A stretch of 64,000 nt of DNA from the human T2T-CHM13v2.0 reference genome, Homo sapiens, in the NCBI RefSeq assembly GCF_009914755.1, contig NC_060925.1; one strand, written 5' to 3'. A model generated the notes under the pieces. It was not told where the DNA came from. It ran no database searches and saw only the letters and a program-made list of their open reading frames with translations. Position 1 is the stretch's first letter; each line of letters starts with the position of its first letter. This document shows positions 34,893 through 49,184 of the stretch, one piece after another. The position numbers and the translations under genes are program-made.

Positions 34893-35975
34893 CAATTTTT
34901 ATCTCTAAACCACTCTACCTATGTCTGAGGCATTCTCTTTTCCTTCCCTCCTATTGCAGTGGAGAGTTTTTCCCATTTAAGGCTAATCCTTCTGTCTTTA
35001 TTTTGGAGCCTTTCTCTTTAATCTCACGCTATCCAACCTTATTCGCCAACCTTTTCTTTTTATGTGAATGCTTCTAAATATAATTAAAGATGCTCAAGTC
35101 TCTTTCATTTTACAATAACAACATTTTATGGCCCCTTCCTGGCTTCCATCTATCACTCTGTCTCTTTCCTCCCTTTCTTAGCCATATTTTTCAAGACTTA
35201 TCAATGCTCTCATTTCCTTTCACTCTTCATTCCATTCTTAATCTTGCTCTTTCCCGATTACTGCACTGAAACATTTCAAGCTCAGGTCCTCCGTGACCTT
35301 TACATTGCTAATTCTGACATGTCCTTTCTTCAGCTTACTTGACTGTTAGCAGCATCAACCACTCTTTCTTGAAACACTTTCATCCTATGACTTCCATGCT
35401 AAATTTGTTTTTCTTTTCTCTTCTCTGGTTATACCACCTTTACTCACTCATCCTTTCCTACATGGTTTTTAAATGCTAGAATTTCTCATAGCTTTGTGGT
35501 AGGTTGTCTTTTCACACTACTCTCTTGCCAGGTCTTGTCCACATGCCCAGCTTCAAATAGACCAGAAAAAATATTGGCTGCTATCACCAGTATTATGATA
35601 TTCCTCAACCTTTCCCTTCCTTAGAGGACTTTTGGGAAGACACATGGGGATATATTTAAAATTTGAGTTTTTTGGAAGAAAGGATGGCATTATAACTTAC
35701 ATTATTCCATTGAAATTAATCTAGATCTAAAATATAAGAAAACCCAATCCTTTTAGTCAGATATATTAAAATAACATATTGGAAGAAAAAAAGTTGTTGA
35801 TAATAGTGTGTCTAAAGTTACTATCCCTTGAGTTAGCAATTATGAGAATGTCCAAATTCAGCAATAATTAAATACTATGCATGTAGCTATTTTCTGGCAC
35901 TGAAGAAAATCATGATAGCAATGGTAGTAGTAATAACAATGGCACTGGCAAGAATACAGCATAGTCCTAACATAA

Positions 35976-36143
<168 letters not shown>

Positions 36144-37298
36144 AAAGTATTTTCTATATGTTTGATTTTTTTAGGAGACAGTATGCCAAATTCCTTAAAT
36201 TTGGCAGATTCTCATAGTATATGATCTCATGCTCTGAAAGAGGGAAATAGACCACTGGAAAAATGGATAGTTCTCAGCTAGTGCATTACACGCACATGCA
36301 TACACACATTAGAAACAAAAGAAGCAAAAACGAAAACCCAAGGACAAAGTGATTCTGATGTCATTATTTCCACAGCAAACAGCTGGGATTTTTACATATG
36401 TGACATTAACTTAGAAAACTTAGAAAATGTAAAGCTCCTACTTCATCCTCACTGTCATGTTAGTGTCACCTGGGGGCTGTGATCTGAATCTTCACTGAAC
36501 TCTCTTCGTTATTATAGCATTCATTGATTTTGATGATATTAAATTGCCTTTTGGAAAATATTCACTATTTAGTTGTTGGAGTCCCTTCCTCCTTTAACCT
36601 GTTCTCCCAAAACAGCTTTGGTTTTTTTAAGAGACAGTGTGCCAGGCATGCTGGTTAGCCTAGAATTAGTAGACACAAGGAACCTTCTGTCAGAGGGATT
36701 GTTGTGTCTGGCACAGGATCATTTGGGCACAGTATCATAGCTTGCCTGGCAGAAGTCTAAGCAAAGGGGCACAACACTCTTGGCAAGTTGAGAGTGGCAA
36801 GGGTAATGTCTTATGTTGCCCAAGTAACTCTGTTTTAGTTAGAATCCTGACTAGCTGAAAAAGCATACTTCTCTCAATGGCCTTGGTGAAGCCTTTTGAT
36901 GATTGACTATTTCCTTAAGAGTTTAAGAGAAGGCTCAAAAAAGGGCTTTCATTCTGTTAACTTCTTGGTTTTTGCTATGTACATTGTTATATTGGTGGAA
37001 ATTTCACATTTCATTATTTTATTTCCTTTTCCCCTCACTACTAAACATATATATATATTTTTTGTAAATTGAGGGAGATGAGCTTTTGAATCTCTAAAAC
37101 CTAGTGTTGTGATTATCAATGTGTGGATTCTAAGATATCTGCTACCAACTAATAACAGCACCAAGACAACCTCTGGATGCTTACTGGATATGCCTGGGGA
37201 TGGAATATTAACATGGTAAATTTTACTCAAAATAGGATATTAGAAATTATTTTCATATTTAATTATATTCATATTTGTCATATAACTAGGAGATTTCT

Positions 37299-37862
<564 letters not shown>

Positions 37863-37897
37863 ATATTTGTTTTTCCTTGATGATGGATTTAAAAGAT

Positions 37898-38276
37898 CTT
37901 ATTTCATTTATTTTTTATAATTTCAACTTTTAGATTCAGGGGGTACATGTACAAGTTTGTTAATGGGTATATCGTGTGATGCTGAAGTTTGGGGTATGAT
38001 TGATCCCATCACCCAGTTAGCAAGTGTAGTACCCAATAGTTAGTTTTTCATCCCTAGCCCCTCTCCCTTTCTCTCTCCCTCCCTCTCTGCTCTAGTAGTC
38101 CCCAGTGTCTACTGTTGCCATCTTTATGTCCATGAATACCCAGTGTTTAGCTCACACTTATAAGTGAGAACATGCAGAATTTGTTTTCTGTTCCTGTGTT
38201 AATTTACTTAGGATAATGGCCTCCAGCTGCATCCATGTTACTGGAAAGCACATGATTTTGTTCCTTTTTATGGCAC
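37898..38276 (-). mobile_element. L1 3' end (older L1PA/L1PB-type)
   Basis: TAGATTCAGGGGGTACATGTACAAGTTTGTT...CACTTATAAGTGAGAACATGCAG...GATAATGGCCTCCAGCTGCATCCATG. Confidence 0.88.
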
Positions 38277-38714
38277 ATAACTAGGAGATTTCTATCCTCG
38301 TTATTAATGTATTAGCTTGCTTTCTGTATTGTTAATATCATTAAGCAAATACATGCTTTGTGTGTGTAGAGCACTATTCTGGGCCCTGGGGATACAATTA
38401 GTAAGTCATAGACTCTGCATACAAGGAGTCTTGCTGAGAATTTGACCTATCAAAGATAACTACAATAAAATCCAATATACTACAATAGGTAATGGGAAAC
38501 TGGTGGTAGTGGCTAGTATCTGCTAGGATGAGAAGAATAGTCAAGGCAGGCTTCATAGTGAAGGTAATGTTTAAACTAAGTCTTTCAGACCATGTAGAAG
38601 CTCTAAGCAGGAAAATGCATCCCAGGCAGAGGAAACAGCATGTGTAAATATATGAGGGCATGTGAAAGTGTGGCACACTTGCAGAATTGTTAGAGATTGT
38701 TATGGAAATGGTTT

Positions 38715-38950
38715 ATAATAGCTAACAGCAATATGCATGAGCAGTTAAGTTGTGCCAGACACTGTTCCAACTGCTGTGTCCATATAAAGATATGTAATCT
38801 TCATAATAATACTAAGAAAGAAATAGTACTGTTATTCCCATTTTATAGATGGGGTAACTGAGGCAGAAAGAAGTTAAGTAACTTATACAAGGTCTTATAG
38901 CTATTAAGTTCCACAGCTGACATTTGAATTCAAACTTTCTGGCCAATGCA
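38715..38950 (-). mobile_element. MIR
   Basis: CCCATTTTATAGATGGGGTAACTGAGGCAGAAAGAAGTTAAGTAACTT core. Confidence 0.8.
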
Positions 38951-38956
38951 CTAAAT

Positions 38957-39425
38957 CAGGGGTCAGCAAACTATAGCTCATGGGCCAAATCCAGCCCACT
39001 GCCTGTTTTTGTACAACCTATAAGCTAAAAATAGTTTTGCACTTTTAATTAGCTGAAAAAGAAGTAAAATATTTTGTGATATGTGCAACTTATGTGAAAT
39101 TCAGATTTTTAGTGTCCATAAAATTTTACTGGAACCCAGCTATAGTCGTTGGTTTAGTATTGTCTATAGCTGCTTTTACATTATAATGACAGAGTTGAAT
39201 GTTTGCAAGAGACTATGATCTGCAAAGTGTAAAGTACTTCTTTCTTTTTTCTCTTTTTTCTCTTTTTTTTTTAGAGACAGGGTCAGGCTCTGGCACCTAC
39301 GCTGGAGTATAATGGCACAGTCATACCTCACTGCAGTTTTGACCTCCTGGGTTTAAGCAAGTTATTCATCTCAGCCTCCCGAGTAGCTAGGACTACAGTT
39401 GTCCACCACCATGGCTGGCTAATTT

Positions 39426-39460
<35 letters not shown>

Positions 39461-39582
39461 TAGAGATAGATTCTTGCCACATTGCCCAGGCTGGTCTTGA
39501 ACTCCTGCCCTCAAGCAATTCATTCACCTTGGTCTCCCAAATAAAGTACTTTCTATTTGGCTCTTTACAGAGAAAGTTTGCT
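38957..39582 (+). mobile_element. MER58B-like hAT element split by an AluJ
   Basis: CAGGGGTCAGCAAACTATAGC...GGGCCAAATCCAGCCCACTGCCTGTTTTTGTA ... TGGCTCTTTACAGAGAAAGTTTG. Confidence 0.85.
39240..39541 (-). mobile_element. AluJ inside MER58
   Basis: TSD TAAAGTACTT; expanded T linker. Confidence 0.9.
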
Positions 39583-40844
39583 CTAAATCAATGCACTATA
39601 CTGCCTCACAGTATATTTTGTTTTATTAATTAACACAAAGAATAGCATACGTTAATAGCAATACTTGGACTTATGTACTAGTTATCTTTTTAAAAATCTG
39701 TTTTCATATTTGTTGTCTTGTGTCCTCACATCAACCCTGAAATAAAAAGAAGGTTAAATTTGGTGTTTTTCTTGTATAGCTAAGAAACTTAGCTGTGGAA
39801 AGATTAGGATGGGCTGTGACATTAAAGTCAGACTCTTTTGCCTATACAGCATCTTACAACATCCTCCATTCTGTTCTGAAATTTCTCCTCTACCTCTGTC
39901 CTACATAACAGTTGTTCAGAGTTTGGGCTTGAGGACACTCTATAAATGAGACAGTTGAGACAGATTGAAAGCAAGGTAACACACACTCTTTCCTTAACCT
40001 TCAGTGCCTCTGCAACAGCATCTGAAATTTTCTGTCTTGGCAAGCTTCACCTAATTCTGAGCACCCTGCTAGTGAAGTGCTCTGGGAGGCTGGGATTTGA
40101 CTGCAGATAAGTAAGCACTTACCATCAAAGGAGACAGGGGGCGTTTCTCATTTTCATTTCCATAAAGGGATGCCATTGCTTTGCCAGGCTATGTGGAAAG
40201 TCTTTGCCTTAACAGTGAATCTTGAGTCCTCTTTCAGGTTTTTACCTGTCCATATTCTACTTTTGGAACATGAGGTTTCTACCTTTTTGCTATTCCTGAT
40301 CTTTTCCTGGACTTAGGAATGACTTCTCTTACCAACAAATCACGGAAGCTTTTCTTGTTACCTTGGTACTACCAGTAAGCTAGTCGGGGAGAGTGGAATC
40401 TAACTCTTCTATTTGTGATCTCAAGGGATGTTTGTGTTATTCATTGGTTTGTATTTTTCATTCTACTTCCCTTCTTCTAGGACATAGCAGTCTGAAGTTT
40501 GGACTACAGGCTATGTTTTGTTGTATCATTATGCTTGATGCTTTCAGGAAAAAACCAAGTTGTTCAGATTTCTAAAGTCTTAATCTCTAGTGTGTGTTCT
40601 GTTTTCAGCCTCAATAGTGAATTTATATTATCAGATATACAAAATTGATTATACCCAGATTTGGACTGTTAAGGCCTAGCAGAAACAAGACGCAGCTTTA
40701 AGAGAGGTCAACTATGTTTCTGCTCATAGCCAGCATTTCCTTGGCCTCGGACAGTGCTGAGGTCAGAGCAATGTAGAAAAACAATTTTCTGTCCAAGGGG
40801 TCAGATGCCTGAGAGATGCAACTCAAACACCTACAGTGAGGGGT

Positions 40845-41160
40845 AACATATACAGACATTTGTCAAAACTTAGTGAATGTATACCTAAGATTCGTGCTTT
40901 TCACTGTATGTAAATTTTACTTCAAAAGAAAAATAATACTGTAAAGAGGTATTTAACTCTAGTTTATAGTTAAGTATTTGGAGAAATTATTACTAATGTC
41001 TGAAATGGGATGAATGGATGAAGGGATGGATACATGACAAAGCAAATACAACATTAATAGTGGACGATAGCTTGTGTGGGTATATGGGGGGGTCACTGTG
41101 AACTTCTTTCAACTTTTCTGTGTTTGAACATCTTCATAAAAATTTTTGGGAAAATAAGAA
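40845..41160 (+). mobile_element. Ancient L1MC/ME 3' end
   Basis: CATTTGTCAAAACT...CACTGTATGTAAATTTTAC...TTCTTTCAACTTTTCTGTGTTTGAA. Confidence 0.65.
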
Positions 41161-41169
41161 AGTAAAGGG

Positions 41170-41420
41170 GATGGGCAGGTAATACAAATTAATAAAGAAG
41201 GCTTGGTGTAACACAGTAGAGAGAGATGGGGCCTGGGGCACTGAGAAACGCATGTTCTGCCTAAAGAAGGCAGCTGCCACTCAACTCCAACCAGTTGTTA
41301 CTTTGTGGGAATCTGGCCCCAGTGTTGTAATCTAATTTTTAAAAAGGAGTTTCAAATATAGAATTTTTGTGTGCAAAAAATCTTTAATTTTAAAATACCA
41401 TATGGGCCAAACAGTATATT
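41170..41420. mobile_element. MER45-like hAT-Tip100 fragment
   Basis: GCCTAAAGAAGGCAGCTGCCACTCAACTCCA...GTGGGAATCTGGCCCCAGTGTTG resembles MER45. Confidence 0.55.
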
Positions 41421-42547
41421 TTTAATTTACCAACTCATTTTCTATTCCAAAGATTAAAATTTTCGAGAAGAAATTGGGGGTGTCCTCTTGAGTTGTAAAG
41501 TTACCATTGTTATCACTAACACGTGCCTTTAAAGAGATTTCAGCTGTAGCTGAGACCTTATACTGTAACCTCAGTTCCCCTGTTGTGTGGGCTGCTGTAC
41601 AATAATGCCTTGCCAGGCCCATGCCATGGTATTCATGACACTGACCCAACCAGGACTTTGCTGTGGGGCAGGGAACAGCTGTGAGGCTGGGCTGGTTGGC
41701 ACTGATTTCTCTAGGCTCACTTTAGGATTATTTAATATGGAAAGGGCAACAGTACTTGTTAGTTTGCTGCTCAAATATAGTTCCTGAGTGTAAGTCACTT
41801 AGGCTTTAAGAGAAATTAGCACTAGTTGGGAATCAGAAACAGAAAAGACTTCTAAGACTTCCTTATATTCCCTGTTTTGTCTAAGTGGTGTCACAAATCA
41901 CCCACGGTCCTAAGCTCTTAACAATCTCCATGTTATCCTTTCTCACCACTGACATTCTAATAAGTGACCCTTTCTGTTCATTTTACCTCAGGGGTACTTC
42001 TCAAATCCATGTCCTCCCCAGTGTCTTAGCTGCCAGTACCTTACTTCAAGACCTCATCCTCTCTTGCCTAGATTACAATTTCCTCACTGGTGTCTCTCAT
42101 GAGTTTTTCCCTCCCAGTGGTTCAATCTTCATATTCCTACTGCAATTATCATTCTAAGATACAATTCTGTTAGTATCACTCTCTGGTTTAAAAACCTCAA
42201 TACCTCCCTGTTGTCTTCAGGATAAAGGTGAGACTCTTTATCATGGATGGAATATAGGGACCTTCATGGCTGTCAACGTATCCTACCAGCCACAATTCCT
42301 TCTATTTTCCACTAGCCTGTAGGGTAAAGTTCCAATTTCTCAGTATGGCAAATGAAGCCCTACTTAAATTTCTATGCATGCCCCCACCCCCTTTTTAGTC
42401 TATGCATGCATAGAATTCTCACTATTCCAAAAAATGGACATTTTCTGTTTCCTCCAGACCTTTGCCTATGTTATTCTCTTTGCTTCAGATTCTCTTCATC
42501 GCTGCTGTTTCAGTGTTCTCTTTCTTCTTTATAACTCAGGTAAATAA

Positions 42548-42870
42548 TTTTTTATTTTTATTTTTTAAATTTTTATTATAATTTTTTTGAGATGGAGTCT
42601 CACTCTATTGCCCAGGCTGGAGTGCAGTGGCGTGTCTTGGCTCACTGCAGCTCCACCTCCCAGCTTCAAGCGGTTCTCCTGCCTCAGCCTCCTGAGTAGC
42701 TGGGACTGCAGGCGTGTGCCACCACGCCTGGCTAATTTTTTGTATTTTTTTAGTAGAGACGGGGTTTCACTGTGTTAGCCAGGATGGTCTTGATCTCCTG
42801 ACCTCATGATCCGCCCACCTTGGCCTCCCGGAGTGCTGGGATTACAGGCGTGAGCCACCGCACCCAGCCC
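42548..42870 (-). mobile_element. AluSc-like
   Basis: Full Alu; TSD AAATAAT. Confidence 0.93.
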
Positions 42871-43582
42871 AAATAATGTTTATACTGGGAGGTTTTTCCT
42901 GTAGCCCCTCGACCAAGTTAGCAACTTCTTACTCTGCACTATAACACTTTGTACTTAGCTCTCATTTTATATTAGAGATTATTTCTGTTGCATTGTATCA
43001 TTTACATGTCTCTTTCCACCACTAAATGATAAAGTCTTAATCATTTTTTATTACTACATCTCCACCTGAGGACCATGTCTGGTATAGTACAGGCCTTAGT
43101 AATATTTGTTACATGAATAAACGGAAATGCACATTACAGTCAGGGAACACTGATTACTGAGACAAATTCTTAACCTGTTCTTTGGTAATGTGAGTCAGTG
43201 TCAGATCAGAACTTTATCTTCTTAGATTTTCTGCTTGTGCTAACAATTAGACTTGATGGACCCTCAGCAGCCCGTGACTCTGTTATGGTAAAACGCAGTC
43301 TAAAGCCCCTCAACTTCCTTTACCAGCTATAGAAGTCAGCTATAGGAGCCCTGGCCCATTGTTTTTCCTTTCCTCTAATCCTAACTTAAATTAACTTTTA
43401 TCTCTTATGAATGAAACCTGACTGTGATCTGTTTACATGTACAGGAACTTACATAGAGCTTATATTCATATTTAAGTATAACATTACTTATATAGAACTA
43501 TATTTATGTTTAAGTATATCATTTTTGCTCTTGTGTAGAAAGGAGGGTCCCTTGTTAACTCTGGAGATAATACAAGGGTAAT

Positions 43583-43840
43583 ATAATAATAGCAGCTAAC
43601 ACGTAACATTTAACTGTGTGCCAGGCTTGAAGTGTTTTTATGTACATTAGCTCATTTAATCCTAATTGTAACTCCATGAAGTAGTTCTTATGATTGGTAT
43701 GATAATTTAACAGATGAGGAACCTGAAGCAGACAGAAATAACTCGTCCCAAGAACACAAAACTACTTAACCAGTAGACCTGGGATTTGAACTCAGGAAGT
43801 CTTATTTCATAGTCTGTGCTCTTAACTGTATGCTGTACTG
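43583..43840 (-). mobile_element. MIR
   Basis: ACAGATGAGGAACCTGAAGCA...GGGATTTGAACTCAGG. Confidence 0.75.
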
Positions 43841-44532
43841 CTTAGGGTTATATAACTGCTTTCTCTCGTGTCTTCTACCATGTAGTACTCTACCTGTGGG
43901 AGGACATGACAATAAGTGTTATGGACTAATAATATATTATTAGCTTTGACTATATAAAACGCTTGATGAAAATATGCTGGGAAAATAATAACCTTTTATT
44001 TAATATCTCCTTTTACGGATAATATTTGGTGTGCTGATTTATACTTTCTGCAGATTTAAACTGCCTGTAATTTCTTTGTGGCATTCACTCCTTACTCAAC
44101 TCAGATCCCAGGATTGTCTTCCTTCTTTTCCCCAGGCTTACTTGACAGCTATGAAGCATTGCCCATGCCATAGCTTTCAGGCTGTGCTCTTGTGTCTTGT
44201 GAAACACTTGTTTATGGGCACAGAGTGATCTGGAGTTAAATAGAAAAATCCCTCTCCATGGGACAACAATTTACTCTACATGCCAACTTGGCAGCAGGGT
44301 AGACCACTGGGGGGCTGTGATTAAGACAGGTAGCCAAGAGAGGAAGGAGGTTTCTAATCCAGACTCATGCTAATAAACAGAGTGGTAACCAAAGCACTTT
44401 AATGAGATCTTTGTGTTTTGCATTTAGTCTAGTTAGGAGTAACCAACTCAAATTGACCAATTGGCCACATTCCTTATATAAAATTATTGGAGTAGACTAA
44501 TATCAGTTTACACTGTATATACTAAAATAAAG

Positions 44533-44542
44533 CTATTTTTAG
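44533..44542 (-). promoter_or_regulatory. Candidate MEF2 site (CTAAAAATAG)
   Basis: Exact consensus match in apparently unique sequence; function is inferred only. Confidence 0.3.
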
Positions 44543-45890
44543 GGAGATGGTATTAAGCATTGAAAATGTTCCATGAACCAAGTAGTTTCTTGACCCTGGC
44601 CATGAACTCTATTTCGGACACCTCTAAAGTGGTAGGTAGAAAGCATTTAGGTGGTTCTGTGACTGAATATATGACCTTAAATAAGAATCATTTAACTTTT
44701 CCAAGGCTGAGTTTCTTCATCTGTAACATGGAAAGTCCTAATGCTTATCACTCTAGTTTCCGTATTCTTTTTTTCCTTTACTGTTTTGTTATAATAGACT
44801 TTTTCTAAGGAATGTCTTTGATCAAGTCTGTAAAGGTGTATCATTCCATTACTTAGTGTGTCTCAGCTCTTATGTACAGAATTTGTAAGAAGCCAATTTC
44901 AATAGGACTTTCTTATATTCAAGTGTCAGAGTTACTCAGCTATCTCACCTTTGAGCTGAAAGAAAGTCATACTTGGGATTTTTATCACAATTAGTAGGCC
45001 ACATTTATTGTTCCTCAAAATTAGAATTATCAGTGAGTAACAAAGTAGAGATTTGGAGACTGGAACATACAACTTCTGTTTGAAGATGACTCATGAGCTT
45101 TGAGAAAATGCAGATTTCATTTTCTGAGCTCTTCATCTTCTTTCTCCTCAACTTTCAAAAAACATGATTTGATGATAAGAGATCAGACGTGTATAACCAT
45201 AGTGCAAAAGTTGCCAAGTTGTAAGACAGCTGAATGAGTTTTTCTTCTTTTAGGTGAATAAAAGCATGGGGAATAGAGAAGATTGAGGGAAACATTATTT
45301 GAAGCGAAGGGCTTATTAGAATCCAAATTGAACACATTTTTGAAATTTAAGTACTGTTAACCCTTAGGCAATATGATACTTGCTCTTAATTGAAGGGAGA
45401 TGTTCTCTGGTCCCAGCCTGTAAACATTTGCAGTCTTGAGGTAATATGCCAGTTTACTGAGAACAAAATCTTAATCAGTATGACACTTCATGGAAAATTC
45501 TTTACTTCTGCTCTCTCGGCTGTCTCTCTTGAAAGGGTACAGATCTGTGTCCAGAGCCTGCCTGACCACTGAGTACATAATCAGATATAGTTCTCACCAT
45601 CTGAGAGCCAAACTGTCTCTGCCAGTGGGGTTATGAGTCTTTCACACAGGGCAGACAGTTGCTGGTGTCACCTGTCATGTTGGAGCAGACTGCTGTGATG
45701 ATTTCCACTTAAGCAGTAGTTATACTATATCATGATTGGAGTGAAGAGACAGCTACTTGGAAGGATTGACTCAAGCTCTGGATCAGTCAATCTTAACTAC
45801 TGATAGGTTAAAGCCTTCCTGTAGTGACGATCTCCTGATGGTGGAGATTGCCAGATTTACTGAGTCCTTTATCACCTTTAATTTATTTGT

Positions 45891-46220
45891 ACTACTGGCT
45901 CTCCATATCCATGGGTTCTGCATCCATGGAGTCAACCAACTGCAGATTGAAAATATTTGGGAAAAATAAAAAATAAAAATTTAATATTAATAAAAATAAT
46001 ACAAATAAAAACAGTATAGAATAATGACTATTTACATAGTATTTACATTGTTTTAGGCATTTTAAATAATCTAGAGATGATTTAAAGTATCTGGAAGGAT
46101 GTGCATAGGTTATATGCAAATATTATACCATTTTATTTAAGGAACTTGACCCTCAGTGGATTTTGGTATCTGCAGGGGGTCTTGCAACCAGTTCCCCATG
46201 GATACTGAGGGACAGCTGTA
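45891..46220. mobile_element. Tigger3-like TcMar DNA transposon relic
   Basis: CTCCATATCCATGGGTTCTGCATCCATGGA...CTAGAGATGATTTAAAGTAT...GGATACTGAGGGACAGCTGTA with terminal inverted repeat remnants. Confidence 0.85.
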
Positions 46221-46608
46221 TAATTTCTTGGCATATGATTTCTTGGCCGTCTAGTTGGGGCAAGGGGACTTTGAGCTTAGAAATGTTGGGTTTCACAGGG
46301 ACCTCATCAATTAGTATTTCTATCCCAGTTTCAGTCCTCAGCCAGAATACCTTCAGTAAAATGCCTCGTGAGAACCATGATTAGTTCTTTCAGGGTTTTG
46401 CTATTTGAGCCAGAGATTAGTTAAACAGTTTCTAAAACTTTCTATTTAATGTAGTTGTCTTTTAAAAAGTCATATGATAAATTTATTGATCACTTTTCAT
46501 CTGTCAAAGAAGGGATCAGTTACAGCTGTGATTTTCAGTTACTAGTAAGGATTGAGGATATGGCAGACTCTCTAGGTTCTGATTCTGATTCGCTATTCTA
46601 TGGCAAGT

Positions 46609-46745
46609 TTATTAGTTTCCTGTGGCTTCTGTAACAAATTAACACAAACTTGGTGGCCTAAAACAAAATTATTCAATCATTCTCCCACAGTTCTGGAGTC
46701 CAGAAGTTTAAAATCAAGGTGTTATCAGGATCACACTCCCTCTGG
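46609..46745 (-). mobile_element. MLT1-family MaLR LTR fragment
   Basis: TATTAGTTTCCTGTGGCTTCTGTAACAAATT...CACAGTTCTGGAGTCCAGAAG matches the MLT1 terminus. Confidence 0.75.
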
Positions 46746-46899
46746 TATATATACATTGCATGTATATACCATATTTTACTTATCCATTCAGCCATCAATG
46801 GGCTCTTCAATTGCTTCCACATTGTAGCTATTGTGCATAAGGCTGCTGTGAACATGGGTGTACACATATCTCTTTGAGAGACCCTGCTTTCAATTATTA

Positions 46900-47205
46900 T
46901 TCTTTCTTTCTTTTTTTTTTTTTTTTTTTGAGACAGGGTTTCATTCTGTCCCCCAGGCTGGACTACAGTCTCTGCTCACTGGAACCTCCACCTCCCAGGC
47001 TCAAGCAATTCTTATGCCTCAGCCTCCTAAGTAGCTGGGATTACAGGCGCATGCCACCACACCCAGCTAATTTTTTGTATTTTTAGTAGAGACAAGGTTT
47101 CGCCATGTTGCCCAGGCTGGTCTTGAACTCCTGAGCTCAGGCAGTTCACTCGCCTCAGCCTACCAAAGTGCTAGAATTACAGGCATGAGCCATTACGACC
47201 AGCAT
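46900..47205 (-). mobile_element. AluS
   Basis: TSD TCAATTATT. Confidence 0.93.
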
Positions 47206-47378
47206 CAATTATTTTGAGTTTATACCCAGAATTCTTCTGGATATATATTCAAAATCCTATTTTTGAATAGAAAATAGAAATGGTAATTCTATTTTTAATT
47301 TTTTGAGGAACTTCCATACTGTTTTCCATAGAGGCTATACCATTTTACATTCCCCTGAGCAGTGCACAAGGATTTTAA

Positions 47379-47957
<579 letters not shown>

Positions 47958-48171
47958 TAGTGACATTGAGCATTTTTTCATATGCTTATTGGCCATTTGT
48001 ATATCTTTGGATACATGTCCATTCAAATCTTTTTTGCCCATTTTTGAATCAGGTTGTTTATTTTTTGTTGTTGAGTTTTAGGAGTTCTCGATATACTCTG
48101 GATATTAATCCCATACAGATATATGATGTGCAAATTTAAAAACTTTATTATGTACATATATTTTTGCTTAT

Positions 48172-48276
48172 AAAAAATATGGAATGCTTCATGAATTTGC
48201 TTGTCATCCTTATGTAGGGGCCATGCCAATCTCTGTATTGTTCCAATTTTAGTATATGTACTGCTGAAGTAAGCAT
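48172..48276 (-). pseudogene. U6 snRNA retropseudogene (full length, diverged)
   Basis: Reverse complement ATGCTTACTTCAGCAGTACATATACTAAAATTGGAACAATACAGAGATTGGCATGGCCCCT...TTCCATATTTTT aligns end to end with U6; CpG decay and a 3-nt deletion; inserted in an L1. Confidence 0.95.
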
Positions 48277-49184
48277 TGATTTGCAAGTATTTTCTCCCAC
48301 TCTATGGACTGCCTTTTTACTCTTTTGGTAGTGTTTCTTGATATACTCTCAACAATTTTGTCCACATGATTTGTTGAAATCAAGGAAAGCGTGGGCTGAA
48401 AAATCCAAACAAGTAGGTGTTAGGCTGCACTAAGCCCAGCTTCTAACATATGCCCAGACACCTGGAGCTGGGTTTTATGGGGAAGAGAGTTGTTCTGAGG
48501 CCAAGGCAGGTAGTATTAGTGATATTCTGAGACACAACAGCAAGGTCAGCTCTGAAAGCTGGCACTTGCTGGTGGCAACAGTTGCAGGCTATTTTGGGAA
48601 CCGAGGAGGCTTTGTTTTATGAGGCCTTCTCTGCACTGCCAGATTTAACCCTGGCACTGATTGATATCAGCCACTTTTGCCTTTGATATGGAGAGAGCAG
48701 TATCAGGTACAGTAGTGAGATCACAGTGCTCTTTCCCCAGATTATTGGTAAAATCAAGTATTTTTCCTTGGAGATTATCATTGCCAGACAAATGTGACAT
48801 GCTGATGTTGGGAAACTTTAATTTATTACCTGGCAGTTTTTCTAAATAGTTCCTTCATACTAGTAATTAAGTTATATCTCTATTTCTTAAGGAGCTTAGA
48901 ACACGTTGTTACTTTAGTAAAATTCGATGTGTCTTCAGGAATGCAAAATAGGAGGAAATGGACTTAAACTGCATCAGAAGGAATCTGGGCCAAATGCAAA
49001 GAATTTCCCCATTATCATGAGTGACATCAAAAGCTTGTTTAGCCTGCTTCCCAAGAAAAGGAAAGACCTATCTCTCTGGAAGGTTTAGCATAGCTCTGTG
49101 TAGAGGTATGGTGTTGAAGTTCATGTCCCTGGAAACAGTTTTATAAGTGGGCGAATCTGCTCATCTACCATGCTTCAGTCGTGA

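Larger units (their letters stand above)
33400..35560 (+). mobile_element. Degenerate L2 region with MIR and Alu inserts
   Basis: Pyrimidine-rich L2-like tracts, e.g. CTCTTTCTTGAAACACTTTCATCCTATGACTTCCATG. Confidence 0.5.

Noticed and set aside
43446-43523. Degenerate duplication of about 40 bp
   Set aside because: Old AT-rich tandem copy without a convincing stem; ordinary slippage.
48172-48276. Functional U6 gene
   Set aside because: Many substitutions, a deletion next to the ACAGAGA box, no upstream PSE/TATA, and TSD-flanked inside an L1.
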